The position numbers were made by a program, and so were the translations under genes. From an uncultured Pelagibacteraceae bacterium (GTDB lineage: Bacteria > Pseudomonadota > Alphaproteobacteria > Pelagibacterales > Pelagibacteraceae): 64,000 bases of DNA. This document shows positions 1-9,778 of this stretch, piece after piece. The first letter of the stretch is position 1. The number at the start of each line of letters is the position of its first letter. The notes below the pieces were generated by a model, which was given only the letters and a program-made list of their open reading frames with translations, was not told the DNA's origin and did not search any database. The stretch is taken from positions 52,962 through 116,961 of the forward strand of contig CACOHP010000002.1 of assembly GCA_902627045.1 (NCBI GenBank), given 5' to 3'.

Positions 1-2
1 CT

Positions 3-125
3 AATGGTGATTTTTCTACAATACCAAACATATCAAAATGGATATTGTGTTTAGGAATGATTTTGGGAAGATTAGAATTATTTGCAATATTAGTTTTATT
101 TTTACCCTCATTCTGGAGAAATTAG
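3..125 (+). CDS. trkH: TrkH-family K+ uptake membrane protein, C-terminal fragment (truncated by window edge)
   Basis: Hand translation [40 protein letters not shown]; KW..GM..GRLE..FW is the typical TrkH C-terminus. Confidence 0.85.
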   Translation, partial: NGDFSTIPNISKWILCLGMILGRLELFAILVLFLPSFWRN

Positions 126-128
126 ATT

Positions 129-1589
129 ATGAAAAATATTAATATTTTTTTTGAAAAAAAACCCTTAAAAATGATTTGCTTAGGATTTTCATCTGGCCTT
201 CCAATATTACTGGTTTTTTCAACTCTTTCGGTCTGGCTCGTTAAAGCAGGAATAAGTAGAAGCACTGTAACATTATTCAGCTGGGCAGGATTTGCATATG
301 CATTTAAATATTTATGGTCACCACTTGTAGATAATTACAAATTGCCAATCTTTAAAAAATTTGGTCATAGAAGAAGCTGGCTCTTGTTTTCTCAATCTTT
401 AATTATTATAGCATTAATATTAACTGCATTTACAGATCCCAAAGAAAGTCTATTTTTTACTGCTTTATTTATTACAATTCTTGCCTTTTTTAGTGCAACT
501 CAAGATATTCTGATTGATGCTTTTAGAATAGAGTCTGCTCCACAATCTTTGCAAGGTCCGTTATCTTCTATGTATATAGCTGGCTATAGAATTGCAATGC
601 TTGTTGCAGGTGCTGGAAGTTTATGGTTGGCATCCTTTTTTGGCACAGAGATCTATGACCAAAAAGTATGGAAAAAAGTTTATCTGATTATGTCTTTGTT
701 TATGTTTGTCGGAGTTTTTGCAACATTCATCTCTGATGAACCAAAATTAAAAAGAAATTTAAATTCTGACAATCATATAAAATTTCTGATAACCATCTTA
801 ATTTCTGTAATAGGCTTTATTTACTTATACTCAATAATAGATAGCCCTTTTGAAAAAAAAGATGTTTTGATAAATTTTTTGTTTTCATTATCAAGACTGA
901 TAATCTGTTTTGTTTTTTCGTATTTGATAATTTCTTTACTTATATTGATTCAATTCGCTCCCAAAAATAAAATTTCAAAGAGTTATATGGGTCCAATTTT
1001 AAATTTTGTTCAAAGATATGGAAAATTTGCATTTTTAATACTTATTTTAATTTCGCTATATAGAATTGCTGATATCGTAATGGGTGTTATGGCAAATATA
1101 TTCTATTTAGAAAAAGGTTATAAAATTTCAGACATTGCAACTTATTCAAAATTTTTTGGAGTTTTTGCTACAATATTTGGTGGATTTATTGGGGGTTATT
1201 GTTCATACAAATTTGGTACAATGAAATGCTTATTCTTCGGTGCCTTAATTGCTGCTTTAAGTAATTTATTATTTGCATGGCTAGCAGTATCTCCAATCAG
1301 CATTAACTTTTTAATTGCAGTGATAACAGCTGATAATATATCTAGTGGATTTGCTGGAGCTGCCTTTGTAATCTATTTATCGGGCTTAACTTCAATAAGA
1401 TTTACTGCAACACAATATGCTTTATTCAGCTCTATCATGTTATTTTTACCCAAGTTAATTGCTGGGTATGCTGGTAGCTGGGTTGATATTATGGGATATC
1501 CATATTTTTTTTCTTTAACTGCTCTTTTAGGATTACCTGTTCTTATTTTAATAATTTGGATCAGTAAAATGGCCCCAATAAAAAATTAA
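129..1589 (+). CDS. ampG: AmpG-family MFS muropeptide permease
   Basis: LGFSSGLP, KYLWSPLVD, GHRRSW, SATQDI..DAFRIE and FTATQYALFSS motifs; multiple TM helices. Confidence 0.9.
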   Translation: MKNINIFFEKKPLKMICLGFSSGLPILLVFSTLSVWLVKAGISRSTVTLFSWAGFAYAFKYLWSPLVDNYKLPIFKKFGHRRSWLLFSQSLIIIALILTAFTDPKESLFFTALFITILAFFSATQDILIDAFRIESAPQSLQGPLSSMYIAGYRIAMLVAGAGSLWLASFFGTEIYDQKVWKKVYLIMSLFMFVGVFATFISDEPKLKRNLNSDNHIKFLITILISVIGFIYLYSIIDSPFEKKDVLINFLFSLSRLIICFVFSYLIISLLILIQFAPKNKISKSYMGPILNFVQRYGKFAFLILILISLYRIADIVMGVMANIFYLEKGYKISDIATYSKFFGVFATIFGGFIGGYCSYKFGTMKCLFFGALIAALSNLLFAWLAVSPISINFLIAVITADNISSGFAGAAFVIYLSGLTSIRFTATQYALFSSIMLFLPKLIAGYAGSWVDIMGYPYFFSLTALLGLPVLILIIWISKMAPIKN

Positions 1590-2342
1590 ATGAGATACAA
1601 TTTCTTAAATACATCCATATCTAACTTATATAATAAACCATCTAGTAAGGCAGAGGTTAGTTCACAAATAATATACGGAGAAAAATTTAAAATATTGTCA
1701 GAGAAAAAAAGTTGGGTAAAAATTAAAACTAGTTATGATAACTATGTAGGCTTTATAAGAAATAATAATTTTAAGAAAAAATTTAAACCAACAAAAAAGG
1801 TTTATAATTTAAAAGCAAAAATTTACAAAAAAGTAAAAAAAAAATTTTTACCAACTAATCAATTTTTATATTTTGCTTCAGGAATATCAGTAATTGATAA
1901 AAATAAAGCTTTTGTTCAATTTGAAGATAATAAATGGTTAAGAAATAGAGATTTAAGAGAAATTACACATTTTGAAAAAAATTATAAAAAAATTTTAAAA
2001 TTATTTCTAAATTCTAAATATAAATGGGGTGGTAAGACAGCTGACGGTATTGATTGTTCTGCATTAGTACAATTATATTATTATTACAATAGAACCTTTT
2101 TTCCAAGAGATTCAAAAGATCAAGCAAAATATTGCAAAAAAAAAATAAGTAAAAATTTGTCTGAGGGAGATATCATCTTTTGGAAAGGACATGTTGGAAT
2201 GTGTCTTAATAAACATCAGTTTATTCATGCTTATGGTCCCAGAAAAAAAGTTGTAATAATGCCAACGAAATTTACTATTATGTTGATTGATAAAACAGCT
2301 AAATTGAAAATTACAAAAATAAGTAATATTAAAAAATATTAA
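1590..2342 (+). CDS. SH3b + NlpC/P60 cysteine peptidase (YkfC / dipeptidyl-peptidase VI-like)
   Basis: N-terminal SQIIYGE..W....D.Y.G SH3b-like segment; YKWGG, GIDCSAL, GHVG, IHA catalytic motifs; no signal peptide. Confidence 0.85.
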   Translation: MRYNFLNTSISNLYNKPSSKAEVSSQIIYGEKFKILSEKKSWVKIKTSYDNYVGFIRNNNFKKKFKPTKKVYNLKAKIYKKVKKKFLPTNQFLYFASGISVIDKNKAFVQFEDNKWLRNRDLREITHFEKNYKKILKLFLNSKYKWGGKTADGIDCSALVQLYYYYNRTFFPRDSKDQAKYCKKKISKNLSEGDIIFWKGHVGMCLNKHQFIHAYGPRKKVVIMPTKFTIMLIDKTAKLKITKISNIKKY

Positions 2343-3235
2343 TTTCTTCCAAAATCTGGTTTGCTAGTATCTTGTTTCAATTTAACGATTTTAGATCTTA
2401 CTTTTTTAGTTTGAGTTAATTTTTTAATTACTGATTTACTATTACCTGAGATAATGTCTCTCTTAAAAGAATGGAGGTTTTTTACAAAAATATCGATTGC
2501 TTTTGATACATTTGCTTTATTATAAAAAAAAATATCTCTCCACATTATTTCATTTGATGCAGCTATTCTTGAGAAATCTCGCAAACCACCTGCGCTATAT
2601 TTAATTAAATTGTATCTCTGTTTTTTTTCAAAATCTTGTGCAGATTTTACTAGATTGTAAGCAATTAAATGCGGCAAATGACTTGTCATTGAAAAAATCT
2701 TATCATGTTTTTCAGAATTCATAACCACAGTTTTAGAACCAACCTTTTTCCAAAAATTTCTTAAAAAATTTAAATGTTTAATATTAGTTTTTTTATCTTT
2801 TATTAAAACACACCATTTATTCTCGAATAAATCTTCTTTCCCGTTTTCAGGCCCACTAACCTCAGACCCCGCAATAGGGTGACTTGATGTCCAGAATATT
2901 TTTTTTCTTAAATTTTTTTTAATTATTTCATTAGATTTTAATTTTGCTGAACCAATGTCTGTAATTATATGATCAGATGAAAGATAATTATTTATCTTTA
3001 AAATTATCTTTTTATATTCACTCATTGGTGTACAAAAAATAATAAAATCTGTATGTGGTACTACATCCTTTAATCTTTTAACAATGGTACCTTTTAATTT
3101 AAGTTTTTTTATTTTTTCAACGTTTTTTTTTGATTTTTCGTAAATGAAAATTTTTTTTGAAATTTTTTTTTTGGAGATTTTTCTGACCAAGGATGAACCT
3201 AGTAGACCACAGCCAATAATTAATATATTTTTCAT
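2339..3235 (-). CDS. tyrA: Prephenate/cyclohexadienyl dehydrogenase (TyrA family)
   Basis: GCGLLGSS Rossmann motif, TDIGSAK, HPIAGSE, HD..SHLPH, GGLRDFSRIA. Confidence 0.92.
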   Translation of the reverse strand: MKNILIIGCGLLGSSLVRKISKKKISKKIFIYEKSKKNVEKIKKLKLKGTIVKRLKDVVPHTDFIIFCTPMSEYKKIILKINNYLSSDHIITDIGSAKLKSNEIIKKNLRKKIFWTSSHPIAGSEVSGPENGKEDLFENKWCVLIKDKKTNIKHLNFLRNFWKKVGSKTVVMNSEKHDKIFSMTSHLPHLIAYNLVKSAQDFEKKQRYNLIKYSAGGLRDFSRIAASNEIMWRDIFFYNKANVSKAIDIFVKNLHSFKRDIISGNSKSVIKKLTQTKKVRSKIVKLKQDTSKPDFGRN

Positions 3236-4308
3236 CTTTTAAATATACTTTCAGCTGCTCTCATAAATTTTATATTATCATTTTTTGAACCCACTGTTAA
3301 TCTCAACATATTTTTTATCTTATACCCCTCCTCTGTTGATCTTAAAATTATTCCTTTATTCTTTAATTTCTCGTAAAAATATTTAGCTTTTATTCTACAT
3401 TTTGAAAAATCCAAAAGTAAAAAATTAGCTGAAATTTTATTAGAATTAATTTCATAGTTTTTCAAAAAATTTTTGATTTTTTTTGCATAAAAAATGTTAT
3501 GGCTAATTGAACGAGATATAAATTTATTATCTTTAAGAGACTCTACTGCTGCTTTTTGGGCTACCTCGTTAACGTTAAATGGGGGTTTGATAATGTTGAG
3601 GGACTTTATAATTTTTTTTGAACCATATCCCCATCCTATTCTTAATGACGATAATCCATAAATTTTTGAAAATGTCCTTAAAATAAAAACATTCTCTTTT
3701 TTCTTGAATAAATCTAAACCTGATTTGTAATCGTGATTTTTCATATATTCTGCATAAGCATCGTCTACTACAAGTAAAATATTTTTTTTAAGTTTTTTTC
3801 TCAATTCGATAAGTTCAATTTCAGTCAAATAAGTTCCTGTCGGATTATTTGGATTTGCTAAAAAAACAATTTTGGTTTTTTTTGTAACTTTTTTAATTAT
3901 TTCTGAAATTGAGATTTTATAATTTTTTTCTTTAGCAAATATTACTTTTGCACCTACTATTTTTGCATAAATTCTGTACATCAAAAAACTAAATTGGGGA
4001 ACAATTACCTCATCTTTTGGTCTTAAAAATAATTGACATAACATCTGAATAACCTCATCAGATCCAGCCCCACAAATAACTTTGTCTTTATCGCATTTAA
4101 ATTTTTTAGAAATTTGAGACCTGAGCAACTTAGATTTTCCATCTGGGTATCTAAAAAAATTAAGGTTTTTATTTGATATCATTTTTTTTACTTTAGAACT
4201 CATACCGAGAGCGGACTCATTAGCTGATAATTTAATTACCTTTTTTAAATTATTAACACTAGATTTACCTGGTTCATAAGCGTCAATATTGAATTTTTTA
4301 AATCTCAT
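3232..4308 (-). CDS. hisC: Histidinol-phosphate aminotransferase
   Basis: KLSANES, RYPD, GSDE, NPNNPTG, DDAYAEY, RTFSKIYGL. Confidence 0.93.
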   Translation of the reverse strand: MRFKKFNIDAYEPGKSSVNNLKKVIKLSANESALGMSSKVKKMISNKNLNFFRYPDGKSKLLRSQISKKFKCDKDKVICGAGSDEVIQMLCQLFLRPKDEVIVPQFSFLMYRIYAKIVGAKVIFAKEKNYKISISEIIKKVTKKTKIVFLANPNNPTGTYLTEIELIELRKKLKKNILLVVDDAYAEYMKNHDYKSGLDLFKKKENVFILRTFSKIYGLSSLRIGWGYGSKKIIKSLNIIKPPFNVNEVAQKAAVESLKDNKFISRSISHNIFYAKKIKNFLKNYEINSNKISANFLLLDFSKCRIKAKYFYEKLKNKGIILRSTEEGYKIKNMLRLTVGSKNDNIKFMRAAESIFKR

Positions 4309-4388
4309 AAAATTTATTTTTTAATTTTTATGATCTTTATAGATAAATCAAGATTTTTTTATATAGTTTAAGTTAAAATATTATAAAA

Positions 4389-4417
4389 TTGACATAGATC
4401 AAAACTTCTTGTACAAA
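4389..4417 (+). promoter_or_regulatory. Putative sigma70 promoter for the metX operon
   Basis: TTGACA (4389-4394), 17-nt spacer, TACAAA (4412-4417); predicted start falls at the 5' end of the riboswitch. Confidence 0.6.
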
Positions 4418-4423
4418 ATTTCT

Positions 4424-4472
4424 GCGCTGATTTATCTGAATTGCGAGCGCTATAAAAAAACCGCTAAAAAAG
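4424..4472 (+). ncRNA. SAM-II riboswitch aptamer
   Basis: GCGCUGAUUUA...UUGCGAGCGC...GCUAAAAAAG; P1 GCGCU/AGCGC and pseudoknot UUGC/GCUAA match the SAM-II consensus; lies directly upstream of metX. Confidence 0.9.
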
Positions 4473-4506
4473 TTTTTTTCTCACAATTCAATTTTCAGCA
4501 ATAATT

Positions 4507-5637
4507 ATGAATATTAGAGAAAATATAAAAACATTGATAATTGAAAAACCACTTAAGTTAGACTGTGGTAAAACTATTAGTAAATTTCCTTTAGCATACG
4601 AGACCTATGGCAAATTAAATAAAAATAAGGATAATGCAATTTTAGTTTTTCACGCCTTAACAGGTGATCAATTTGTAACTGGTATAAATCCTATAACTAA
4701 AAAGGATGGCTGGTGGTCTTATGCGGTAGGCTCAAAGAAATCTATTGATACAGATAAATATTTTGTAATTTGTGCTAATGTGATTGGTGGTTGCATGGGG
4801 TCTTTTGGTCCAAATCACGAAAATCCTGAAACAAAAAAAATATATGGAACAGATTTTCCGGTTATTACGATTAATGATATGGTAAACGCCCAAGTAAATT
4901 TATTAGATTTTTTTAATATTAAAAAGCTTTTTTCTGTAGTTGGTGGATCGATGGGAGGAATGCAGGTCTTGCAATTTGTGAGTAATTTTCCAGACAAAGC
5001 TAAAACAGCTGTTCCTATTGCTTGTACATCTAGCCATTCAGCACAAAATATTGCATTCAATGAACTTGGTAGACAAGCAATAACTGCTGATCATAATTGG
5101 ATGGATGGAAAATATAATTCTAAAAGCACATTGCCAGATAAAGGGTTAGCTGTAGCAAGAATGGCTGCTCATATAACCTATTTATCTAAAAAGGGGCTTC
5201 AAGAAAAATTTGGGAGGAAACTTCAGGAAAGAGATGATCTTAAATTTGGATTTGATGCTGATTTTCAAATAGAAAGTTATTTACGTTATCAAGGTTCAGT
5301 ATTTGTAGATAGATTTGACGCTAATAGTTATCTTTATATAACTAGGGCAATGGATTATTTTGATTTGGTTAAACAATTTGATGGTAATTTATCAAACGCC
5401 TTCAAAAAAACCAAAACGAAATTTTTTATTATGTCTTTTACATCAGATTGGCTTTATCCCACTCAAGAGAATAAAGATATAGTTATTGCGTTAAACGCAA
5501 TTGGTGCAAATGTAGGTTTTGTTGAAATAGAGTCTGATAAAGGACATGACTCCTTTTTGCTAGAGGTTCCAGATTTTTTAAATGCACTCAAAAATTTTTT
5601 AGATAAATCTTATATAGAAAGTAATAATGAAAGCTGA
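4507..5637 (+). CDS. metX: Homoserine O-acetyltransferase
   Basis: HALTGD, GGSMGG nucleophile elbow, ARMAAHITY, RFDANSY, GHDSFL. Confidence 0.95.
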   Translation: MNIRENIKTLIIEKPLKLDCGKTISKFPLAYETYGKLNKNKDNAILVFHALTGDQFVTGINPITKKDGWWSYAVGSKKSIDTDKYFVICANVIGGCMGSFGPNHENPETKKIYGTDFPVITINDMVNAQVNLLDFFNIKKLFSVVGGSMGGMQVLQFVSNFPDKAKTAVPIACTSSHSAQNIAFNELGRQAITADHNWMDGKYNSKSTLPDKGLAVARMAAHITYLSKKGLQEKFGRKLQERDDLKFGFDADFQIESYLRYQGSVFVDRFDANSYLYITRAMDYFDLVKQFDGNLSNAFKKTKTKFFIMSFTSDWLYPTQENKDIVIALNAIGANVGFVEIESDKGHDSFLLEVPDFLNALKNFLDKSYIESNNES

Positions 5638-6226
5638 ATATAATTTTATTGCAAATATAATCGAAAAAAACTCAACAGTATTAGATGTTGGTTGTGATGA
5701 TGGAACTTTGATGGAATTTTTGAGAAAAAACAAAAATGTGAATATAAGAGGAATTGAAATTTCTAAAGAAAAAGTTCAAAAATGTATAGCTAAAGGATTA
5801 ACGGTAATTGAGGGTAATGCAGAGCTTGATTTAAAGCAATTTCCAAAAAATTCTTTTGATTATGTTGTTTTAGGTCAAACACTACAAGCTTTTATAAATC
5901 CAGAGATTGTCATTAAGGAACTTTTAAGAGTTGGCAAAAGAGCCATAGTGACTATTCCAAATTTTGGAAATTGGAAGGTAAGGTTAGACTTACTTTTTAA
6001 AGGAACTATGCCAATTACAAGTTCACTACCTCATGAATGGTACAACACACCAAATATTCATATGTGTACGATTAAAGATTTTGTAAGATTTTCAGAAACT
6101 ATAAATTTCAAAATCGTTAAATCTTTGGCGCTAGTAAATAGAAATATTTCGAATATAAGTAAATCAAATATTTTTTTGAAAAATTTATTTGGAGAGCTTG
6201 GAATATTTTTAATTGAAAATAAATGA
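5627..6226 (+). CDS. metW: Methionine biosynthesis protein MetW
   Basis: LDVGCDDG SAM motif, QTLQA, PNFG.W, WYNTPNIH; overlaps the metX stop. Confidence 0.92.
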   Translation: MKAEYNFIANIIEKNSTVLDVGCDDGTLMEFLRKNKNVNIRGIEISKEKVQKCIAKGLTVIEGNAELDLKQFPKNSFDYVVLGQTLQAFINPEIVIKELLRVGKRAIVTIPNFGNWKVRLDLLFKGTMPITSSLPHEWYNTPNIHMCTIKDFVRFSETINFKIVKSLALVNRNISNISKSNIFLKNLFGELGIFLIENK

Positions 6227-6942
6227 AAATAAAAATTATTAAATGTCTTCAAGATAATTATAGTTACTTAATAATTGATGAGAATAATCAATCTGCTTGT
6301 ATAGTTGACCCAAGCGAATCTGGACCAATAATTGATTTTATAGATAAAAATAAGATAGATCTGAGATACATTCTAAATACCCATCACCATCATGATCATA
6401 TTGGTGGCAATCTTGAATTGAAAAAAAAATATCATTCTGATGTTATTGGATTTAAAGATGATAAGGATCGAATTCCAGGAATAGATGTTCTTGTAGAAAA
6501 TAATCAAATCTGGCAAAAAGACAACTTTGAAGCAAAAGTTTACCATACCCCAGGTCATACATCAGGCCATATTGCTTTTCATTTTTTTAAAGAAAAAATA
6601 ATTTTTACAGGTGATACTTTGTTTTCTTTAGGTTGTGGTAGAATCTTCGAAGGAACTTATGAGCAGATGTTTAACTCTTTAAAAATATTTAAAAAATTAC
6701 CTAAAGATACTCTGATTTATTGTGGTCATGAATATACACTAAAAAATTCTGAATTTTGTGTATTTAATGATCCAGATAATTTAAAGCTTAAAGAAAAAGT
6801 TTTAAAGATTAAGAATAATCTAAAAGTTAATTCGCCAACTATTCCAACTGTTTTGGATGATGAATTAGAGTGTAATATATTTTTAAAAGCTGAGGATATT
6901 GAGACTTTTTCAAAATTGAGATATTTAAAGGATAATTTTTGA
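6223..6942 (+). CDS. gloB: Hydroxyacylglutathione hydrolase (glyoxalase II)
   Basis: DNYSY, THHHHDHIGG, TPGHT, FTGDTLFSLGCG, CGHEYT. Confidence 0.95.
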   Translation: MKIKIIKCLQDNYSYLIIDENNQSACIVDPSESGPIIDFIDKNKIDLRYILNTHHHHDHIGGNLELKKKYHSDVIGFKDDKDRIPGIDVLVENNQIWQKDNFEAKVYHTPGHTSGHIAFHFFKEKIIFTGDTLFSLGCGRIFEGTYEQMFNSLKIFKKLPKDTLIYCGHEYTLKNSEFCVFNDPDNLKLKEKVLKIKNNLKVNSPTIPTVLDDELECNIFLKAEDIETFSKLRYLKDNF

Positions 6943-6952
6943 TTTATTGAGC

Positions 6953-6980
6953 TTGACTAAAGCCTCGCTCAGATTATATT
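6953..6980 (+). promoter_or_regulatory. Putative sigma70 promoter of rplU-rpmA-obgE
   Basis: TTGACT (6953-6958), 16-nt spacer, TATATT (6975-6980). Confidence 0.5.
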
Positions 6981-7005
6981 GCGTTTATTAAAAATTGAAA
7001 TCCTT

Positions 7006-7407
7006 ATGTCTTATGCAGTAATACAAACTGGTGGAAAACAATACAAAGTAGTGTCTGGTGAAATTCTAAAAATCGAGAAACTACCAAATTCAAAACCGGA
7101 TACTAAAATAGAATTTAAAGAAATTTTAGCGTACGGAAATGAAAAAGAAATTGAAATCGGATCTCCTACTGTGCAAGGTGCGAAAGTTGAAGCAAACCTG
7201 ATAAAAAATAGCAAAAATAGAACCATATTAATTTTTAAAAAAAGACGAAGACAAAATTCAAGAAGAAAGAATGGCCATAGACAGCAATATTCTATGATCA
7301 GAATAAATAAGATTTTTTCAAAAGATGGTAAGATCTTATCTGAAGCTAAAGAGGTTCCTAAAGTAACAAAAACGTTAGCAAAAGATACAAAAGAAAATAA
7401 AAAGTAA
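7006..7407 (+). CDS. rplU: 50S ribosomal protein L21 with Lys/Glu-rich C-terminal tail
   Basis: YAVIQTGGKQYKV and GHRQ; ATG at 7006 preferred over the ORF-track TTG at 6979. Confidence 0.96.
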   Translation: MSYAVIQTGGKQYKVVSGEILKIEKLPNSKPDTKIEFKEILAYGNEKEIEIGSPTVQGAKVEANLIKNSKNRTILIFKKRRRQNSRRKNGHRQQYSMIRINKIFSKDGKILSEAKEVPKVTKTLAKDTKENKK

Positions 7408-7416
7408 GGTAAAGTT

Positions 7417-7671
7417 ATGGCAACAAAAAAAGCAGGTGGATCATCAAGAAATGGACGTGACAGTGCCGGTCGAAGACTTGGTGTGAAAAAATATGGTGGA
7501 GAAACCGTGGTGCCAGGAAACATAATTGTAAGACAAAGAGGGACAAAAATTTTTCCCGGTGAAAACGTTGGTATGGGTAAGGACCATTCAATTTTTTCTA
7601 TTATTAAGGGCAAAGTTGTTTTTAAAAAAACTAAATCAGATAGAACTTTTGTTTCTGTAAAACCCAATTAA
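7417..7671 (+). CDS. rpmA: 50S ribosomal protein L27
   Basis: [31 protein letters not shown]. Confidence 0.98.
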   Translation: MATKKAGGSSRNGRDSAGRRLGVKKYGGETVVPGNIIVRQRGTKIFPGENVGMGKDHSIFSIIKGKVVFKKTKSDRTFVSVKPN

Positions 7672-7698
7672 TAGTACAACTTAAAATAGCGTTGTATT

Positions 7699-8682
7699 AT
7701 GAAATTCTTAGATCAAGTCAAAATTTATACTAAAGCAGGAAATGGTGGAGATGGTTCTGCTAGTTTTAGAAGGGAAAAGTTTATTGAATTTGGCGGACCT
7801 GATGGCGGCGACGGTGGAAAAGGAGGTTCTGTTATTTTACAAGCTGAACAAAATTTAAATACATTAATTGACTTTAGATATCAACAACATCACAAAGCTC
7901 AAAGAGGTGAAAATGGTTCAGGTCAAAATCGTACAGGGAAAGGTGGAGAGGATTTAGTGCTTAAAGTTCCTCTAGGAACTCAAGTCTTTGAAGAGGACAA
8001 TAAAACACTCCTATATGATTTCACCAAAATTGGAGAGAAGTTCGTTGTTGCCTCTGGAGGAAAAGGAGGTTTGGGTAACACAAGATTTAAAAGTTCTACT
8101 AATAGAGCGCCAAGAAAATATACTAAAGGTATAGTAGGCGAAGAGTTTACAATTTGGCTTCAATTAAAAACTATTGCCGACATAGGAATTATCGGATTAC
8201 CAAATGCAGGTAAATCAAGTTTATTAGCAGCAATAACAAATGCAAATCCAAAGATTGCTAACTATCAATTTACTACTTTAAATCCAAATCTTGGTGTTGC
8301 AAGTTATGATGATAAAGAAGTTACCCTTGCGGACATACCTGGTTTAATAGAAGGAGCACATGAGGGGACTGGTCTAGGAACAAAATTTTTAAAACATATC
8401 GAGAGATGTAAATCTCTTTTGCATTTAATAGATATTACAAATGATGATTTAAAAAAATCTTACAATCAAGTCAAAAAAGAACTACAAAATTATAGTAAGG
8501 ATCTTATTAAAAAAAAAGAATTGATTGTTTTAAATAAGACAGATTTATTAGATAAAGATATTGTTAAAAAAACAGTAAAAAGTTTCGCAAAGGATAAAGA
8601 TTGTGAAGTTTTAACTTTGTCAACATTAGAAAAAGAATCAATATCTAAAATTAAGGCTAAACTCATTTCATATGTCTCTTAA
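7699..8682 (+). CDS. obgE: GTPase ObgE/CgtA
   Basis: Gly-rich Obg fold (FRREK..GGPDGGDGG), GLPNAGKSS, FTTL, DIPG, NKTD. Confidence 0.97.
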   Translation: MKFLDQVKIYTKAGNGGDGSASFRREKFIEFGGPDGGDGGKGGSVILQAEQNLNTLIDFRYQQHHKAQRGENGSGQNRTGKGGEDLVLKVPLGTQVFEEDNKTLLYDFTKIGEKFVVASGGKGGLGNTRFKSSTNRAPRKYTKGIVGEEFTIWLQLKTIADIGIIGLPNAGKSSLLAAITNANPKIANYQFTTLNPNLGVASYDDKEVTLADIPGLIEGAHEGTGLGTKFLKHIERCKSLLHLIDITNDDLKKSYNQVKKELQNYSKDLIKKKELIVLNKTDLLDKDIVKKTVKSFAKDKDCEVLTLSTLEKESISKIKAKLISYVS

Positions 8683-9778
8683 AAATTCAAAAATTGTTGT
8701 AGTTAAAATTGGATCTTCTTTGTTAGTTGATAATAACAAAAAAATAAGAAAAAAATGGTTACTAAGTTTTGCCAAAGATATAAAATCTTTAAAATCTGAA
8801 AATCAGCAAGTTGTAATAGTAAGTTCTGGAGCTATTGCTCTTGGTTGCAAAAAAATGAATTATAGTAAATCAGGTTTAAAATTAGATAAAAGCCAAGCAA
8901 TAGCTTCTATAGGACAAATAGAATTGATGAATTTATTTTCAGAAACTTTTTCAAAGTATAAATTAAATATTTCTCAAATTTTGCTTACATTAGAAGATAC
9001 TGAAGAACGAAGAAGATCAATAAATGCTAAAAGAACTTTTGAAAATTTATTCCAACTTGATTATATTCCCATAGTAAATGAAAATGACACCATAGCTACA
9101 TCAGAAATAAAATTTGGAGATAATGACAGATTAGCCTCTCGAGTGGCACAAATTACTAATGCAGATACATTAATTTTATTATCAGATGTAGATGGCCTCT
9201 ATACTAAAAATCCCAAAAATTTTAAAGATGCAAAACTAATTAGAAATATTTCTAATATCAAAAAGGATTTAAAAAATATTGATATTAAAGGAAGAACAGA
9301 ATTTGGTAGTGGAGGTATGGATACTAAAATTGAAGCTGCGAGAATATGTAATTTAGCTGGTTGTAATATGGTAATAGCAAATGGATTATATTTAAATCCG
9401 ATCGATCAAATAGAAAAGAAAAAAAATTCTACATGGTTCATCTCTGAAGTTCCAAAATTAGATGCTAGAAAAAAATGGATCATAAGCTCTGTTTCACCAA
9501 AAGGAGAGCTAATCATTGATGACGGTGCCAAGAAAGCATTAATAAATGGAAAAAGTCTATTGGCTGCTGGTATCAAGAAGGTTAATGGTGATTTTAAAAA
9601 AGGTGATCATATAAAAATTTTAGATAATAAGCGTAAAGAATTTGCTAGAGGCTTGAGTTCATTCTCATCAAATGAAATAAATAAAATTTTAGGATGTCAC
9701 TCTAATGAGATAAATAATATTCTTGGCTATATTTCAAAATCTGAAGTTGTCCATAAAGACGATATGGTAAAAATATGA
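8672..9778 (+). CDS. proB: Glutamate 5-kinase with PUA domain
   Basis: VVKIGSS, SSGAIA, NENDT..FGDND, GSGGM.TK. Confidence 0.96.
   Translation: MSLKNSKIVVVKIGSSLLVDNNKKIRKKWLLSFAKDIKSLKSENQQVVIVSSGAIALGCKKMNYSKSGLKLDKSQAIASIGQIELMNLFSETFSKYKLNISQILLTLEDTEERRRSINAKRTFENLFQLDYIPIVNENDTIATSEIKFGDNDRLASRVAQITNADTLILLSDVDGLYTKNPKNFKDAKLIRNISNIKKDLKNIDIKGRTEFGSGGMDTKIEAARICNLAGCNMVIANGLYLNPIDQIEKKKNSTWFISEVPKLDARKKWIISSVSPKGELIIDDGAKKALINGKSLLAAGIKKVNGDFKKGDHIKILDNKRKEFARGLSSFSSNEINKILGCHSNEINNILGYISKSEVVHKDDMVKI

Noticed and set aside
7011-7667. 218-aa minus-strand ORF
   Set aside because: Antisense to rplU and rpmA, no recognisable motifs; a codon-bias shadow
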